DNA of 64,000 nucleotides from Schizochytrium sp. TIO01 (lineage: Eukaryota; Protista; Bigyra: Labyrinthulomycetes): NCBI GenBank assembly GCA_004764695.1, contig SMSO01000025.1, positions 496,001-560,000 of the forward strand, written 5' to 3'. Positions 45,537 to 57,366 of this stretch are shown in pieces. The number at the start of each line of letters is the position of its first letter. Position 1 is the stretch's first letter. The position numbers and the translations under genes are program-made. The notes under the pieces were generated by a model. That model worked only from the letters and a program-made list of their open reading frames with translations. It made no database searches and was not told the origin of the DNA.

Positions 45537-46569
45537 TTCTGTGTGATAAGAGCTAAGAGTGGAAGAGGAAGAAGGTGCTGTTGATGTGGTGGCACGGAGG
45601 ACACCACTAGTGGCCGCTGGCTTCGGTGGCGAGAAAATTCTCTTGATGGGTTTCAAGAGAATTAAATGGCCAGTCGAATCCACTCGAGCACTGGCTAGTC
45701 CAGCGCAAGGGATGCGAGTTTAATAACACGCTCCTGGCTTTCCTCGAGGCTTGCGCTCACCTATTTGGGTGTGACCGCAATTTACTAGGGCACTTTTGAG
45801 CTGCTCAAGGTTGCAGCCAGGCTCAGCCGTTGATGGCGGACACTTGGGGTCTGCCTCCCTTCTTCTTTCCCTTTCTCTGAGTGAAAGTGGTCTCTTGATC
45901 AGCTCAGAGTGAGCCGAAGGTAAGTTTGTAAGTTTGTTTGTTTGTTTGTTTTTGTGAGGTGAAGAGTTGAAGTTTGGTGGAGTTGTTGAGTCCTGCGAGT
46001 TGTCAAAGAATAGTCGAAATGCCAATAATGATAAACGTCAGTGCTTTTAAATTCCTTTCCTTGTTGAGTGATGACGTGTGAATCAACGATAGATTCAGTT
46101 CGGATCCCCCCCTTTCCTGGCGCAGTGGGTCTCTAACCCGTTTCCTCCTACTGCCTAAATAGCCACTAATAACAGCAGCAGCAGTAGTGCTTGTATCTCC
46201 AAGTACTAAAGTTGATATCAAAAGGTCTATACCAATACACTTTAATCCAACGCAACCCCGGACACACAAGATTGGGCCACCAAAATTGAATCAAATCCAA
46301 TTACAGATATGCCCCTTCTATTTTTAAACCAAAAAAACGTTTCGAGCCCGCTCTCTCTCGACCGGCGATTCTCCTGGCTGTCTGTCTCGAGCCTTCTCAA
46401 TTAATTAACCCAGTCTTTATCTTTCAAGCTTCTCTGCGATATATAGATTCACGTACGCCTCGCTGCGCCGGTTCCTCAGCCGGCCAGCTCGCTCTTGTGT
46501 TCACTCCACCTGGGCGGTGGCCTCGCTTGTATTGCGGTTCTGCTGAGGTCGAGCGAGCGCCTCGCTGCT

Positions 46570-49500
46570 CTCTTTTTTTCTTCTGATTTTTTCTTTCTTT
46601 TTTTCTTTTTTTCTTTTTTTCTTTCTTTCATTATCATCTCTGCCGCCCTTTCTTCCTTTTCCGCTCCCTCACAAGGGCCTCTTTACATGTGTTTACTGAC
46701 GCACTCCTAGACAACCGCCTAAGTGGTCGCTGCATCAAATAAACACTCTTCAGCAACTTCTTCTTCCTCTTTCTCTCTTTGCCTTTTTCCAGTCTTTCCT
46801 GTTTGTTTATTTGTTTGTTTGTTTATTTATCTATTTCAAACTTTTTCCTTTCTTTCTTTCCACTTACTTTCTTTCTTTCTTCCTTCCTTCCTTTCAAACA
46901 GCTAATTCTTTCTACACTTTTCGTGAAGAATCGGTTGGAGGGTGGAGAGACAGAGGGAGTGCCGAAAGTACTAAACAATCAATCAGTCAAACAGACACAT
47001 ATATTTAGCCAGCAGAAGAAAGACAAACAACACTTTTGCTGAAAAAACAGAAAAAAAAGAAAGAAAGAAAGCAGAAAAAGACAGAAAACAGACAACAAAC
47101 AAACAAACAAACAAACCAAGGCAGACAGGATAACCAGACACGCCACAAATTAGTCCTAGCCATTCGCCTAAGCGGCCCTACCGCCGGCCAGCTAGCTTCG
47201 CAGACCTGCTATTATGGCCAAGAGAGAGAGAGAGAGAGAAAGCCGAGAGATAGATATCCTGCGTATCAATACACATATACATACCCCATATAACCTGTGT
47301 TTGGATGGGATCTGAAGATATGAGGCGATCCATTGATATCATCAATCAATCAATCAATCAATCAATCAACACACACATCACATCACATGTTCTCTATGTT
47401 CTGCATATACGCATAATACGGCAAAGACGATGGGTTCTATTCAAAGCAGGACCAAATCGAAAAGGCGAGGATTCGCCACGACCATAACGCGAACCCGTTC
47501 TGCTCCAGAACGCTGAGCGGGCGGCCCATGTTCTCCGTCGTGCAGCCGCGCCGCGCTCGCGCCGCGGCCTGCACGGGCGTTGACTGGCTGAGTGAGGCCC
47601 GCCCCAATGCCGCTCCGCCCGGCGCTCCCTCGCCTCGTTCGGGCTGAGTGAGATCGTCGCATGATGAGGATGCTTCATCCATCAGAACCCATCTTCGTAT
47701 GAATTGCAAATCCATGCATATCATATATACTCTGCAGAGGATATACATATACATACACTGCGTGTGTATGTATTTTTGAATGTATTTTGAATGTATGAAT
47801 GTATGTATGTAAATGTACAAATGGCCAAGGCCACCTTCCTCGGTTCTCTGCGTTCTCGAAGATGCCTCTCGCCTCGCCTCGCCTCCATGACCCAGCCGGC
47901 AGCAGCTGGCTGCTCGCAGGAGGGAGGGAGCCACGAGGTCGGCAGCGAATCGATCGACCGATCGATTGAACGATTTCAAATCGCGCGACGAATCACTCGA
48001 GATCCTTCAAATCTCTCTCCTTCTCCATCGATATATCGATAGATCGATAGACAGTTAGTTACTTATATACATAGGGAGAAGAGAGAGAGATCCCTATAAA
48101 GAGCGAATGGCATTATTGCAGGAAGAAGGAGAAGAAGAAGACCACGTCAACTGGGAAGCGCCGCCAGCCAATACACATACATACATATACATCCACGAGT
48201 TCATGCCCACGCGAGAGAACGAGGCCACAGCGCCAGGCATACAGCAGGCAGGCAGGCTGTCCGCAGCGGACCAATGCGATGCTTCGAGGGACGGACGGGC
48301 GGATGGATAGATTGTTTGAACAAGTTCACAGCCTTCTGAGAAGGCCTCCTCGGGCACCAGGAACTCTCTTCTCTCTCTCTCTTCTTTCTTTTCATTCTCC
48401 CTTCCTTCTTCTTTTTCCCCTTTTTTTATTCCTTTTTTTAAAATCCAGGCGTGATTTCCCAATTCTCCTCTCAACTCGATCGACGGCAGAAAACGAGAGA
48501 AAGAAGAAAGAAAGAGCGCACACAAAGCGAAAGGCGCCAACGAAATTAAAAAAAACAAACAGGGAAACAGAGGATCCTATCGAACAGAAAAAGAAAAGGG
48601 AACAGGAGACAAAAGCTCCAAAGAGGCCAAAGAGAACAAAGAGGACAAAAGCGCTCAGTGCATATATACATACATACATACACATACATACACATACATA
48701 CATACATACATACGTAGAGCCCATCAAAAGCCGCAGGAACCGGTGCACGGCCAGCGCCTCGAAGCAGGAAGCATGCGCTGCACAGCGACATCAAGCGCGG
48801 CTCCTCCTCTCTCTCCCGCTCCACGCGCTCGCCAGCCAGCCAGCCACGTCCACTCCCGCCTCAATTCATTCATACGCGCCGCCGCTCCCGGGCATCGATC
48901 GCGAGACCGCCAAAGGGAGGGAGCGAGAGCGAGAGCGAGTGAGGCAGGCCTCCACGTGGCTTCTCCACCGGCGCCGGCAGAGGGCGCACACTCCCCTCCT
49001 GCCCCAGCACACCGCGCGCTGACCGCGGCTTCTACAGGCTCCAGGGGGGGCACGGCGTGCGTTTGGGCTCACTCGCCTCGCATCTGTCCTCGCGGCCTTT
49101 AATTATGTACGTATGTATGTATGGCTGGTTTTGATGGTTGATGTTTGTTTTTCTTTGTTTTTGTTTTTGTTTTTGCGCCTTCTTTTAGTTTAAACTAAAA
49201 CCTGTTGTGAGTCCAATGTAGAGTTGCTCTGTCGCTCTCTGACTCTCTCCTTCTTCAATGGAAACTGAGAAAAAGCTGCTCTCCCGGAGCCTTCCCTTTT
49301 AAACAGACAGGCAGACAGACAGACAGACAGACAAACTACTGCTACAGCGACAGAGACAGCTACGCAAGAGGGGCGATCGGGACACACCAACAAACAAACA
49401 ACGAAGAAGAGCAACACCAGCAGCAACGAAGGCGAGAGGAGAGAACAACAAACCTAGAACGGCGGCTCTCAAACTGCAGGCGCGCTCAGTGAGCCAGCCA

Positions 49501-52090
49501 TGCATATATGTATGTATGTATGTATGTATGTTTGTATGTATGTTTGTATCTACATGTGTACTAACTGCAGCGTTAGGTTAGTTAGCTATCCGTGGCTAGC
49601 TATATCGTAGATAGCTACAGCCATAGCTGAGATAGAGAGAGCGCCATCCCAGCAACTAACTAACTAACTAACTAACTAACTGCCTTCGTCAGTATCCGCA
49701 GACTTGGGAGCGGGCAAGGAAGGGCCAGCGAAGTGGCGAACTAGCCTAGAGACCTGCCTGCCTGGCAGACCGCCTGGTGGACGGGCCCTGCTTGCCACTG
49801 CACGCCTGACGACGAGCTTCCGCGGACAAAGCTGATGCTGCGTTTGCACGCTGAGCAGGGTAGAGAGAGAGACCACCTCGAGCTGGCGCTCCCGCTCAAC
49901 ATATTGCTATCCCTCATCTATTATCAGTACCTTCGGGTGAATCGATCGCTCAGTGGTTCCATCGAGGACAAAGGGGAATAATATGAAGGAAAAGAAAGAA
50001 AGAAAGAAAGAAAGAAAGTAAAAAAGGAAGAAATCAAGAAATCAACACACACTCACACAGAGACCCACTCATACACATCATCACAGTACCCCGGGCCTAG
50101 GCTCCCTTAGCTGGCCAGCTAGGAGCCCCGTCTAACGGCGCTCGGATTGCGCCCCTCAATCACTCACTCTCTCACTCAGAGACTTTTTTACGTACCTTTT
50201 TTAAAAATTATTATTGCTACTGGTCTCCCTCCCGGCTAACGACGGCGGGGAATACGGGGAATAAGCTGATTAGGCGCTGTTGGCGCGAAAGCAGAGGCGG
50301 CAAAGCGGAGGGACCGCGGAGTTTCGGGTCTGCAGCCTCTGGCGTCGGTTTTTTCTGCGCCTCTGTGGCAGGGCAGTGAGGGCGCCCCTCTGTGCTTCAC
50401 TGGGACCTTTCTCCTCACACTTCGCGCCAGTGTGCCGCAGACAGCTCTGACCCCCTCTATGCTTCGGTACATTGTAAAACGGCCATCCAGATCTCCTCTC
50501 GGGTTAACTTCTACCACTGGTAAGCCTCCGCGAACGAGGCATCATTCAGAGGGGGCCAAAGCGGGTGGCAGTTGCTCTTCGGGGAAAAAAACAACATAAA
50601 CAGGCTAGAGAGGTCTTACCAACGTTGAGGTTTCGGTAGAATACAATGCAGGCCTTTGTCAGTGGGGAGATCTGCCGACTCGCGAAGGAACCGCCGCTGG
50701 GCGACAGACCATGAGGTCAACTACCGTAAACGCTAGGGGTTCACTTAACTGCGCTGTGGACCTTTCCTTACCCGTAGCAATGCTAGCTAGTACCCGCTAT
50801 TGTTGTCGTTAGGTACTACTGACCATTGAATGGAAAGAAAGAAAAAGTAAGCGAATTCTTTCTCGTTTTCTGTTTCCAAATTTGAAATTTAATTTGATTT
50901 TTCATTTGATTTTTTCTTTTCTTTTCTATTCTTTTCTATTCTTTTCTATTCTTTTCTATTCTTTTCTATTCTGGGAGGTAAGGTACATAGGCTTTCTCGA
51001 TCCTTCTTCTTTCTTTCTCTTCGGATCGCCGGCTCAAAACCAAATAATGCCCGTTAGAGGCGAAGATTGTCCTCTCATCACAGCAGAAAGGCCAAAGGTC
51101 GCGAGTCATGAACGTGCGAAACCATCGAACAATCGAACCATCAAACCATCAGACAGCCTGTTTACTTATTTATTTGTTCATTTCTATACTTGTTTATTTA
51201 TTTATTTCCTTTCAAGTTCACCTCATCTACCCAAACAAATTAAAAATACTCGTCTTTTTCCCGTTACTGCAGCGGCGACACTTGGCGCCTCTACGAGATA
51301 CGCCTAGCAGGTGGTACTCCGTAGAGCTGTCTCTACCCAGAAAAGTAAGTTCTTTTTGGTAACAGCTATGACTAAGGCGTCCCTATTGTAAAGGCTAGCA
51401 CTCGCTGCATGAATAAAAATAAGCAAGAAAGAAAGAAAGAAACAAACAAAGAAACAAACAAAAAAGAAATCACGGTAACTAGCACTTATCTGGATTGCCC
51501 AACTACCAGTAGATCGTGTGAACAGAAGCAAAAGCAAAAGCGGCAGCATCGTTAGAAATATCAGGATAGATTCGCAGACGAAGCGAAGAAAGACCTCATC
51601 GGTGCCGCAAAGCCCACACGAAGCAAGCAGAAATCACTTCTGGAGAGGTTTGAGGGGCGAAAGCATGGTCTCGCGAAGCAAGAAAGGCATGCTCCGAACG
51701 AAACGAAATCGATCAACGAATCCTGCTTTTAACCTTTTGCTTGCTTTCTTTTTTAATTAAGAATATAAAACATAATGTAGTATAACCCGTTTGATGAGCT
51801 CGAATAAAACATAAAGTGAACACTTTTTGTTTTTCTTTCTTTTAAAGACAGCGAAAGAACGGATAATCTCAATCCCATTTTACTAACGTGTTCTCACACC
51901 AATGATAACGGTAGAAGGCGGCGAGTGAAAGGTGAACAGAGGGAGAACGGAGAAAACAAGAAACAATTAAAAAATAAACAGAGAATTGTGAAATACTACA
52001 CTATCCCAGTCCTTTTCCGCTTTCTCTACATTGGCTGTTTAGACTACTTTATGAGTGAATGAATGAATGAATGAATGAATGAATGAACAA
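46570..52090. repeat. Microsatellite-rich non-coding region: (TACA)n, (TCAA)n, (AAAC)n, (GA)n, (CTAA)n, (AAAG)n, (CTTTTCTATT)5 at 50921-50970, (GAAT)n
   Basis: Many short tandem repeats seen directly; no credible CDS. Confidence 0.85.
50279..50290 (-). promoter_or_regulatory. Candidate DHFR-type overlapping E2F site
   Basis: GTTGGCGCGAAA reads TTTCGCGCCAAC on the minus strand, inside a GC-rich island. Confidence 0.35.
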
Positions 52091-53267
52091 AACGAGAGAG
52101 TTCAAGAAAAACTGGTTCCACGGTCGATCTACGACCGGCATATATGCGTCGTGGACACACCGCGATAGGCCTCCTGTTGCTGGTAAGTTGGGAAAGCGTG
52201 TGTGACGTGTCTGTCTCTCTGCCTTTTTCCTCGATTCTTTCTTTCTTTCTATCTGTGCCTCTTGATTATTCGTTACGCTTCGTCTTCGACATTCCTGCTG
52301 TGGCTAGCTAGCCGGGTACTATGTATGGCCTATGCAGCTTTCAAGAGAGATCCAATGTAAACCTGCCTGTACGTATTCTTCTTAACTGCTGAGAAGTGAG
52401 CGATCGATCACTTATCTAAAACTGCCGAGAGGGGGGCTTTTTCTTTTTTCTCTTTTCTTTTTTCATTCTCCTGCTCTTAAACATCTTTCGATGTTTGTTT
52501 ACTTGTTGTTAAACTTTATCTCCAGCGGTTTGAGAATGACCCTTTCTTCTTCTTCCTTTTCCACTTTTTTTCAAGCTAATTAATCAATTAACCATAATAA
52601 TAAACAATTTTTTGAAGGAAAAAACTCCCTCGTGATCGAGCTACGACTGACATAGTACTTAGCTAAGATCCACGGCCCTCTCTCAGCCAGTGGTATTCGG
52701 AGGAAATTCTGCTCCCTTCAATGTATTCGTTTCCACTCATCATCTCTGCCCACAATTCTCCTCTCGACCCCTCCGTTTCCTCGCCACTCAGACTGTGGCT
52801 TTCCTTCCCCTCTGATCTTCACTGACACACGTTTCCCCAACATCCTCCAGAGCCAGCCATTCAAGGTCCCATTTTGCAGGACCAATGACCGCCCCTCACT
52901 GACCAGGCCAACGCTACTGGTCCCGCTCCGAGGGGGGTACAAAATACGTTATATCTTTCGGATTTACCAGGTAACCCCAGGAGAAACTGCATTAGAGTAT
53001 TACAAGAGGGGACCTCCGAAGCTAACAGAATAGCCGGGACGTGTAGTATGCACTACAAGGGATGTCACAGTGGGGACTAAAGGACAGAGGGCCCGTGCAC
53101 TGCAGGGTCGATGTGGAGTCCTCTGTTTGGACATTTCACGAAGCGCTCGCTACGATTGCAGAGTTCCAAGGCTGGCTTTGAGATCTTTGCAGGTCCTCTT
53201 CGCGCGGCACATCGGCAACGGCGAAGGGTAAGAGCCGAGAGGTTGTGGACTTGACGTGCGGACCATC

Positions 53268-54688
53268 ATGACGGATGCGGATAAGGCCCCTGCACCGCCC
53301 GCGGTCCTTGTTTCGGACCGCAACGGCGTGCGCACTGTGACTTTCAACCGACCGGCGAAGCTTAATGGATGGAGCCCTGAGCTCATGCAAGCGCTCCACG
53401 AGAGCCTTGCGGAAGCCGCACAAGACGATGCCGTCAAGGCGTGCATTGTAACAGGTACGTGAGAGGGAGACAACAGTGCTCTTCGGCGGCACTGGAAAGT
53501 GGTCGCAGACACTCAGAAGGATAGCACGCGAGCGACGCAGTAGAATGGATCCCAGGCTGGAAGGAAGGAACCCAGCCAGGATCTAGTGACCTCGATTCCT
53601 AAAGGTTTTTGCTATAAAGAACCTAGTCAAGCCGTACTTCCTGTGACCTGGTGCGGCTGAAGTACTACTATAGGTAGTACTATTTCTCCTGCGATGATAT
53701 CTTTTGCAATAAGGAGGTATCGAGGGAAGGATGCGTCACATGCGGAGCCACGTAAAATGGATACTATGGAATTCATCGATGTGGTGGATAATGTATGAGG
53801 CCTGATCATCGCGAGATGGAGACCTCTGTTGGTGTATTCGAGATTAATGAGATCAATGACCGTGACTCTATCTTTTTTTTTTAATTGATTGACAGATTGA
53901 CAGATTGACTGACCTTTGTCCATGTGACACTATCCTGATTCGCTGTGTCTATGCAATTGTTTCGATTCCTATGTCACCCTTCAATATTTCTACTATGTAA
54001 TCACTTGGTATGATGTGGATATTTTCATCTTTGTTTCCTAGGTTCTGGCCCTTACTACTGTGCCGGGGTTGACTTTGCAGGTAGCTTGAAACCAATGCGT
54101 CCTGCAATTCTGCTGGAGTCAATTCGTTCACAAAACAAGGCACTTTTCGACAATTTTCTGGACTTCCCCAAGCCCCTTTTTATTGCCGTAAACGGTCCGG
54201 CGATTGGAGCTGCCGTAACCTCAGCCTTCCTGTCTGACGGGATTATTGCTTCTGAAAAGGCAACTTTTCTTACTCCTTTTAAAGCGCTTGGCGTTGTTCC
54301 GGAAGGCTGCAGTTCATACACTTATCCCAAAGCATTTGGAGAGTCAGTAGCTCGTGAGCTCCTTGAGGGTCGTAAGATAACTGCGAAGGAAGCTTTGGAA
54401 CTCGGCTACTGCAAATACGTTGTTCCTACGAATCAGGTACTTGAAAAGGCTCAACAAGTTGCTGAAGAATGGGTTGCTCAGGGTCGTGGTCGTGTGATTA
54501 TTGAAGAGGGTCTTCTTGAAACCCTCAAGGAGGTCAATGCAAAGGAGTCTATTGCACTTGCCAACGCCCTCTTGGATTATCCCTTTTTAGATGCCATGGT
54601 CAACTTCAGCTACGAGAAGTCCAAATATGGGCCTTTAGTTGCGTTTTGGATTGCCCGTGCAACACGCCCTATCTGGAGCAAGCTCTAA
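53268..54688 (+). CDS. Peroxisomal enoyl-CoA delta-isomerase (crotonase family, ECI2-like without ACBP domain); exons 53268-53454 and 54042-54688 (277 aa)
   Basis: VTFNRPAKLN, TG|SGPYYCAGVDF, FPKPLFIAVNGPAIG and TPFKALGVVPEGCSSY motifs; C-terminal SKL (PTS1); phase-1 GTACGT..CCTAG intron. Confidence 0.92.
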
Positions 54689-57080
54689 GCGTAGTCGGAT
54701 GTGACGTGCCTCATGCATTTTCTGTAACTCTGTTATTGTTTTCTTACTGGGCAAACCCATCCCTTTTGCTACAAAAAGGTCTTCAAAAAGGTACTTCTTT
54801 CCCATTTGAGGACTTCGTCGATGGAGGCACACAAAATTTCTACAGACCACAAATCCTTTATCTTTTACTCATACACTTATTAATGAGGCAGTATGATTAA
54901 CTGAGTATCTATCACCTTCGCTGCATCTGAGATCTTAAGTGTAAAGACTAATTAATCTTTGTTTTAATTCACTTTTCAAGTTTTATCGCAATATCCGACC
55001 TTCATAAGGTGTCTTTGACCTGGATCATCGCGTACATTCAAGTTATTGATCTAAATCAAAGTTACCCATCCATCCATATTCTGTGTTATGCGCCGTCTCT
55101 CTTGATTTTCATGCAACGAAAAATTCTCGCGGATCTTCTCCTGTCAAAACATCAATCTTATATGTATCATCATAATATTGCGGGGTATCTCGGTTTCCGA
55201 TTTTATGTATACATATTCATACCGGTATTGGCCATGCTTTCGAAAGCTCAGGAGAAGCACATCGCTGATGTAAACCATGAAACCTCCCCAGTTTTCTTCA
55301 CACATAAACATGCTAAACAGAATTGCTCTCCTTCTCTACATCAAGCCGTTCTTGCTTTCTGGAATACCAATTTCATTCAATAAAGTTCGGCATAACCAGT
55401 TTTGCAATTCGATAATTGGACGATGTGAAATCATATGGATTGAGGATCGGGGTTGACCTGATGTAAGATCGCTCAACAAGGAAAGGCTCCTGAGGATCTG
55501 AACAACCCGAAGAGCATTCCAAGTTTAAATTAATACATTTCTTTTCATGCTAAAGCCTAATATCGCCATGGTCCCTTGGTAGCGACCTTCTTTCATTAAG
55601 TATAATCATTGTCATTTTCGAGATGATGCTGATTGCAGAATCTCTCCCGACCACTTCATATGACCTTGCTGCCTCCAGTGTAGATTGGTCATTTCCTAAA
55701 CGTAAATTTTTACCCAGAGTATTCACGCATGCCACGAGTTTATGAAAATTTGTGTTGTAGCCGCCCCGAGACTCAATCACTATTTTGTAATGTTATCTCC
55801 GCCTAGGCCGACGATGTGTATTCATATTTAGGCCAAATATAATTTCCTGACATTTGCTGGTCCTATGAAAACATTAAAACTTACATAACCTCCGAGTGGT
55901 AGTAACTATTCCATGTAAATGATTCGTGATAGCCTTTTTAGGTTTTTGTTAAGTAGTAGAGATTGGGTTAGAAACTGGAGTGGACAAGGAACCACTAAGC
56001 TCCACACACTACAAGTAAAGCAAATTTAGATGCCTCCACCGTCGACATAGACATCGGCAGAGGGGTCAATTTCCATAGGCCTTTCTACTTGACATCCGAG
56101 ATTCATCGCAAGCTTGTGGCTCTGTACAAACTATCATGTTATTCTTTTGCCTAAATTTGAAACCTCATAAAGAGTTTACAAGATGGATCAAACTCAAGAC
56201 AGCTCGGATGATGTGTCGCTCCACACGCGCTCATTCACAAAGCGTATGTTCTCCCCTATCATTTATGTAAACTTGTTATATGCCGAGAGGATATCACTTC
56301 AAAACCATGCAATTAATGTGGTACCATCCACGACAAGCTCAGAACATTCAAGGTTTTCAAATGCCCCCCAAAATGCAAACAAAAGCGTAACCGATCGTGA
56401 TATCCACACCACCAGAGGCATCTTTTTGCGCTACTTATCCAAGGACATGAGTCAAGAATTATCTCTCAGTCGAAGCTTACTTTTTAGCCTGCGATTCGGA
56501 CTTAGCCCTACTTTATCACCGAATAAAACGAACAAACCTCGCAAATTCTAGAGGTTAAATTCGAAATGGTCCACTCTTACAATGCTGGTAGAACAATAAT
56601 TAAGAATACTGAGTGGGTATGCATGAGACATTTACTATAGTTCTATTTTCATGCTATTTTGGTGAGCACCATACACTACACATCCCCTAACTGTCTAAAT
56701 TCTTAACATTTAAGCTAGTTAACCCATAAAGATTATTTATATCCGTACAAGTTTGTATTATTTCCTGAAATTCAAAATCAGGTTTTCCTTTGTTTTTCCA
56801 TATCACCTCCTAGTACTTCTCATATAGGGGCCTCTACTAACTATGGATAGATATGACTCATCTCTATATAGGAGTGCATATTATCTATACCTACATACGA
56901 ATATAGTATCGAAATAGAGAAAGAATTATTCGAAAAGAGAATAAAATGAGGATTAGAATAAAGACACAGTCAGTTGATATAGATAGTTAGGTTTGAACGT
57001 GAGTGAATTGATAGGTATTTTTTGAATTTTATTTTTTATTTTTTTTAATTGGGAAAACAGGGATAAGAAAGGGGAGAGCT

Positions 57081-57143
57081 TTTGGCGCAGTAGACGCGAG
57101 TTGGCGCTGTCGCGGGGTTCGCGCGGGGCTTGCGCGGCGCGGG
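57081..57143 (+). promoter_or_regulatory. Cluster of E2F-like sites upstream of the SET-domain gene
   Basis: TTTGGCGC at 57081-57088, TTGGCGC at 57101 and TTCGCGCG at 57118, at the AT-to-GC transition about 250-290 nt before the ATG. Confidence 0.4.
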
Positions 57144-57366
57144 CAGACTTGTGCGCTTGGGTTTAGGTCGCTGGGAGCCGTTCGAAGGCATAGATCGTGT
57201 TTCTTTGTAGGCGTGTGACGGGTCGGGCGAGCCGCAGCGACGGAAATCGCGGGGGCATCGGCAGTAGCATTGCGGAGGCGGCTAACGTCGCGTGGATTCC
57301 GGCGTAGATTTGCGTAGATAGAGTCGAATTCGCAAGGTTCGTAGGATAGAAGGCAAGTAGACTGAT

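Noticed and set aside
47394-49102. Overlapping ORFs of 70-247 aa in several frames
   Set aside because: They are translations of microsatellites and GC-rich islands, with no protein-like composition.
53546-53584. Hairpin GATCC-CA-GGCTGG..CCAGCC-A-GGATC in the 587-nt isomerase intron
   Set aside because: A single short stem with no snoRNA boxes or riboswitch (e.g. TPP) consensus.
55550-55815. PRRR*..VIESRGGYNT resembling a Tc1/mariner transposase C-terminus
   Set aside because: Spacing is wrong, and I found no DDE motif or terminal inverted repeats.
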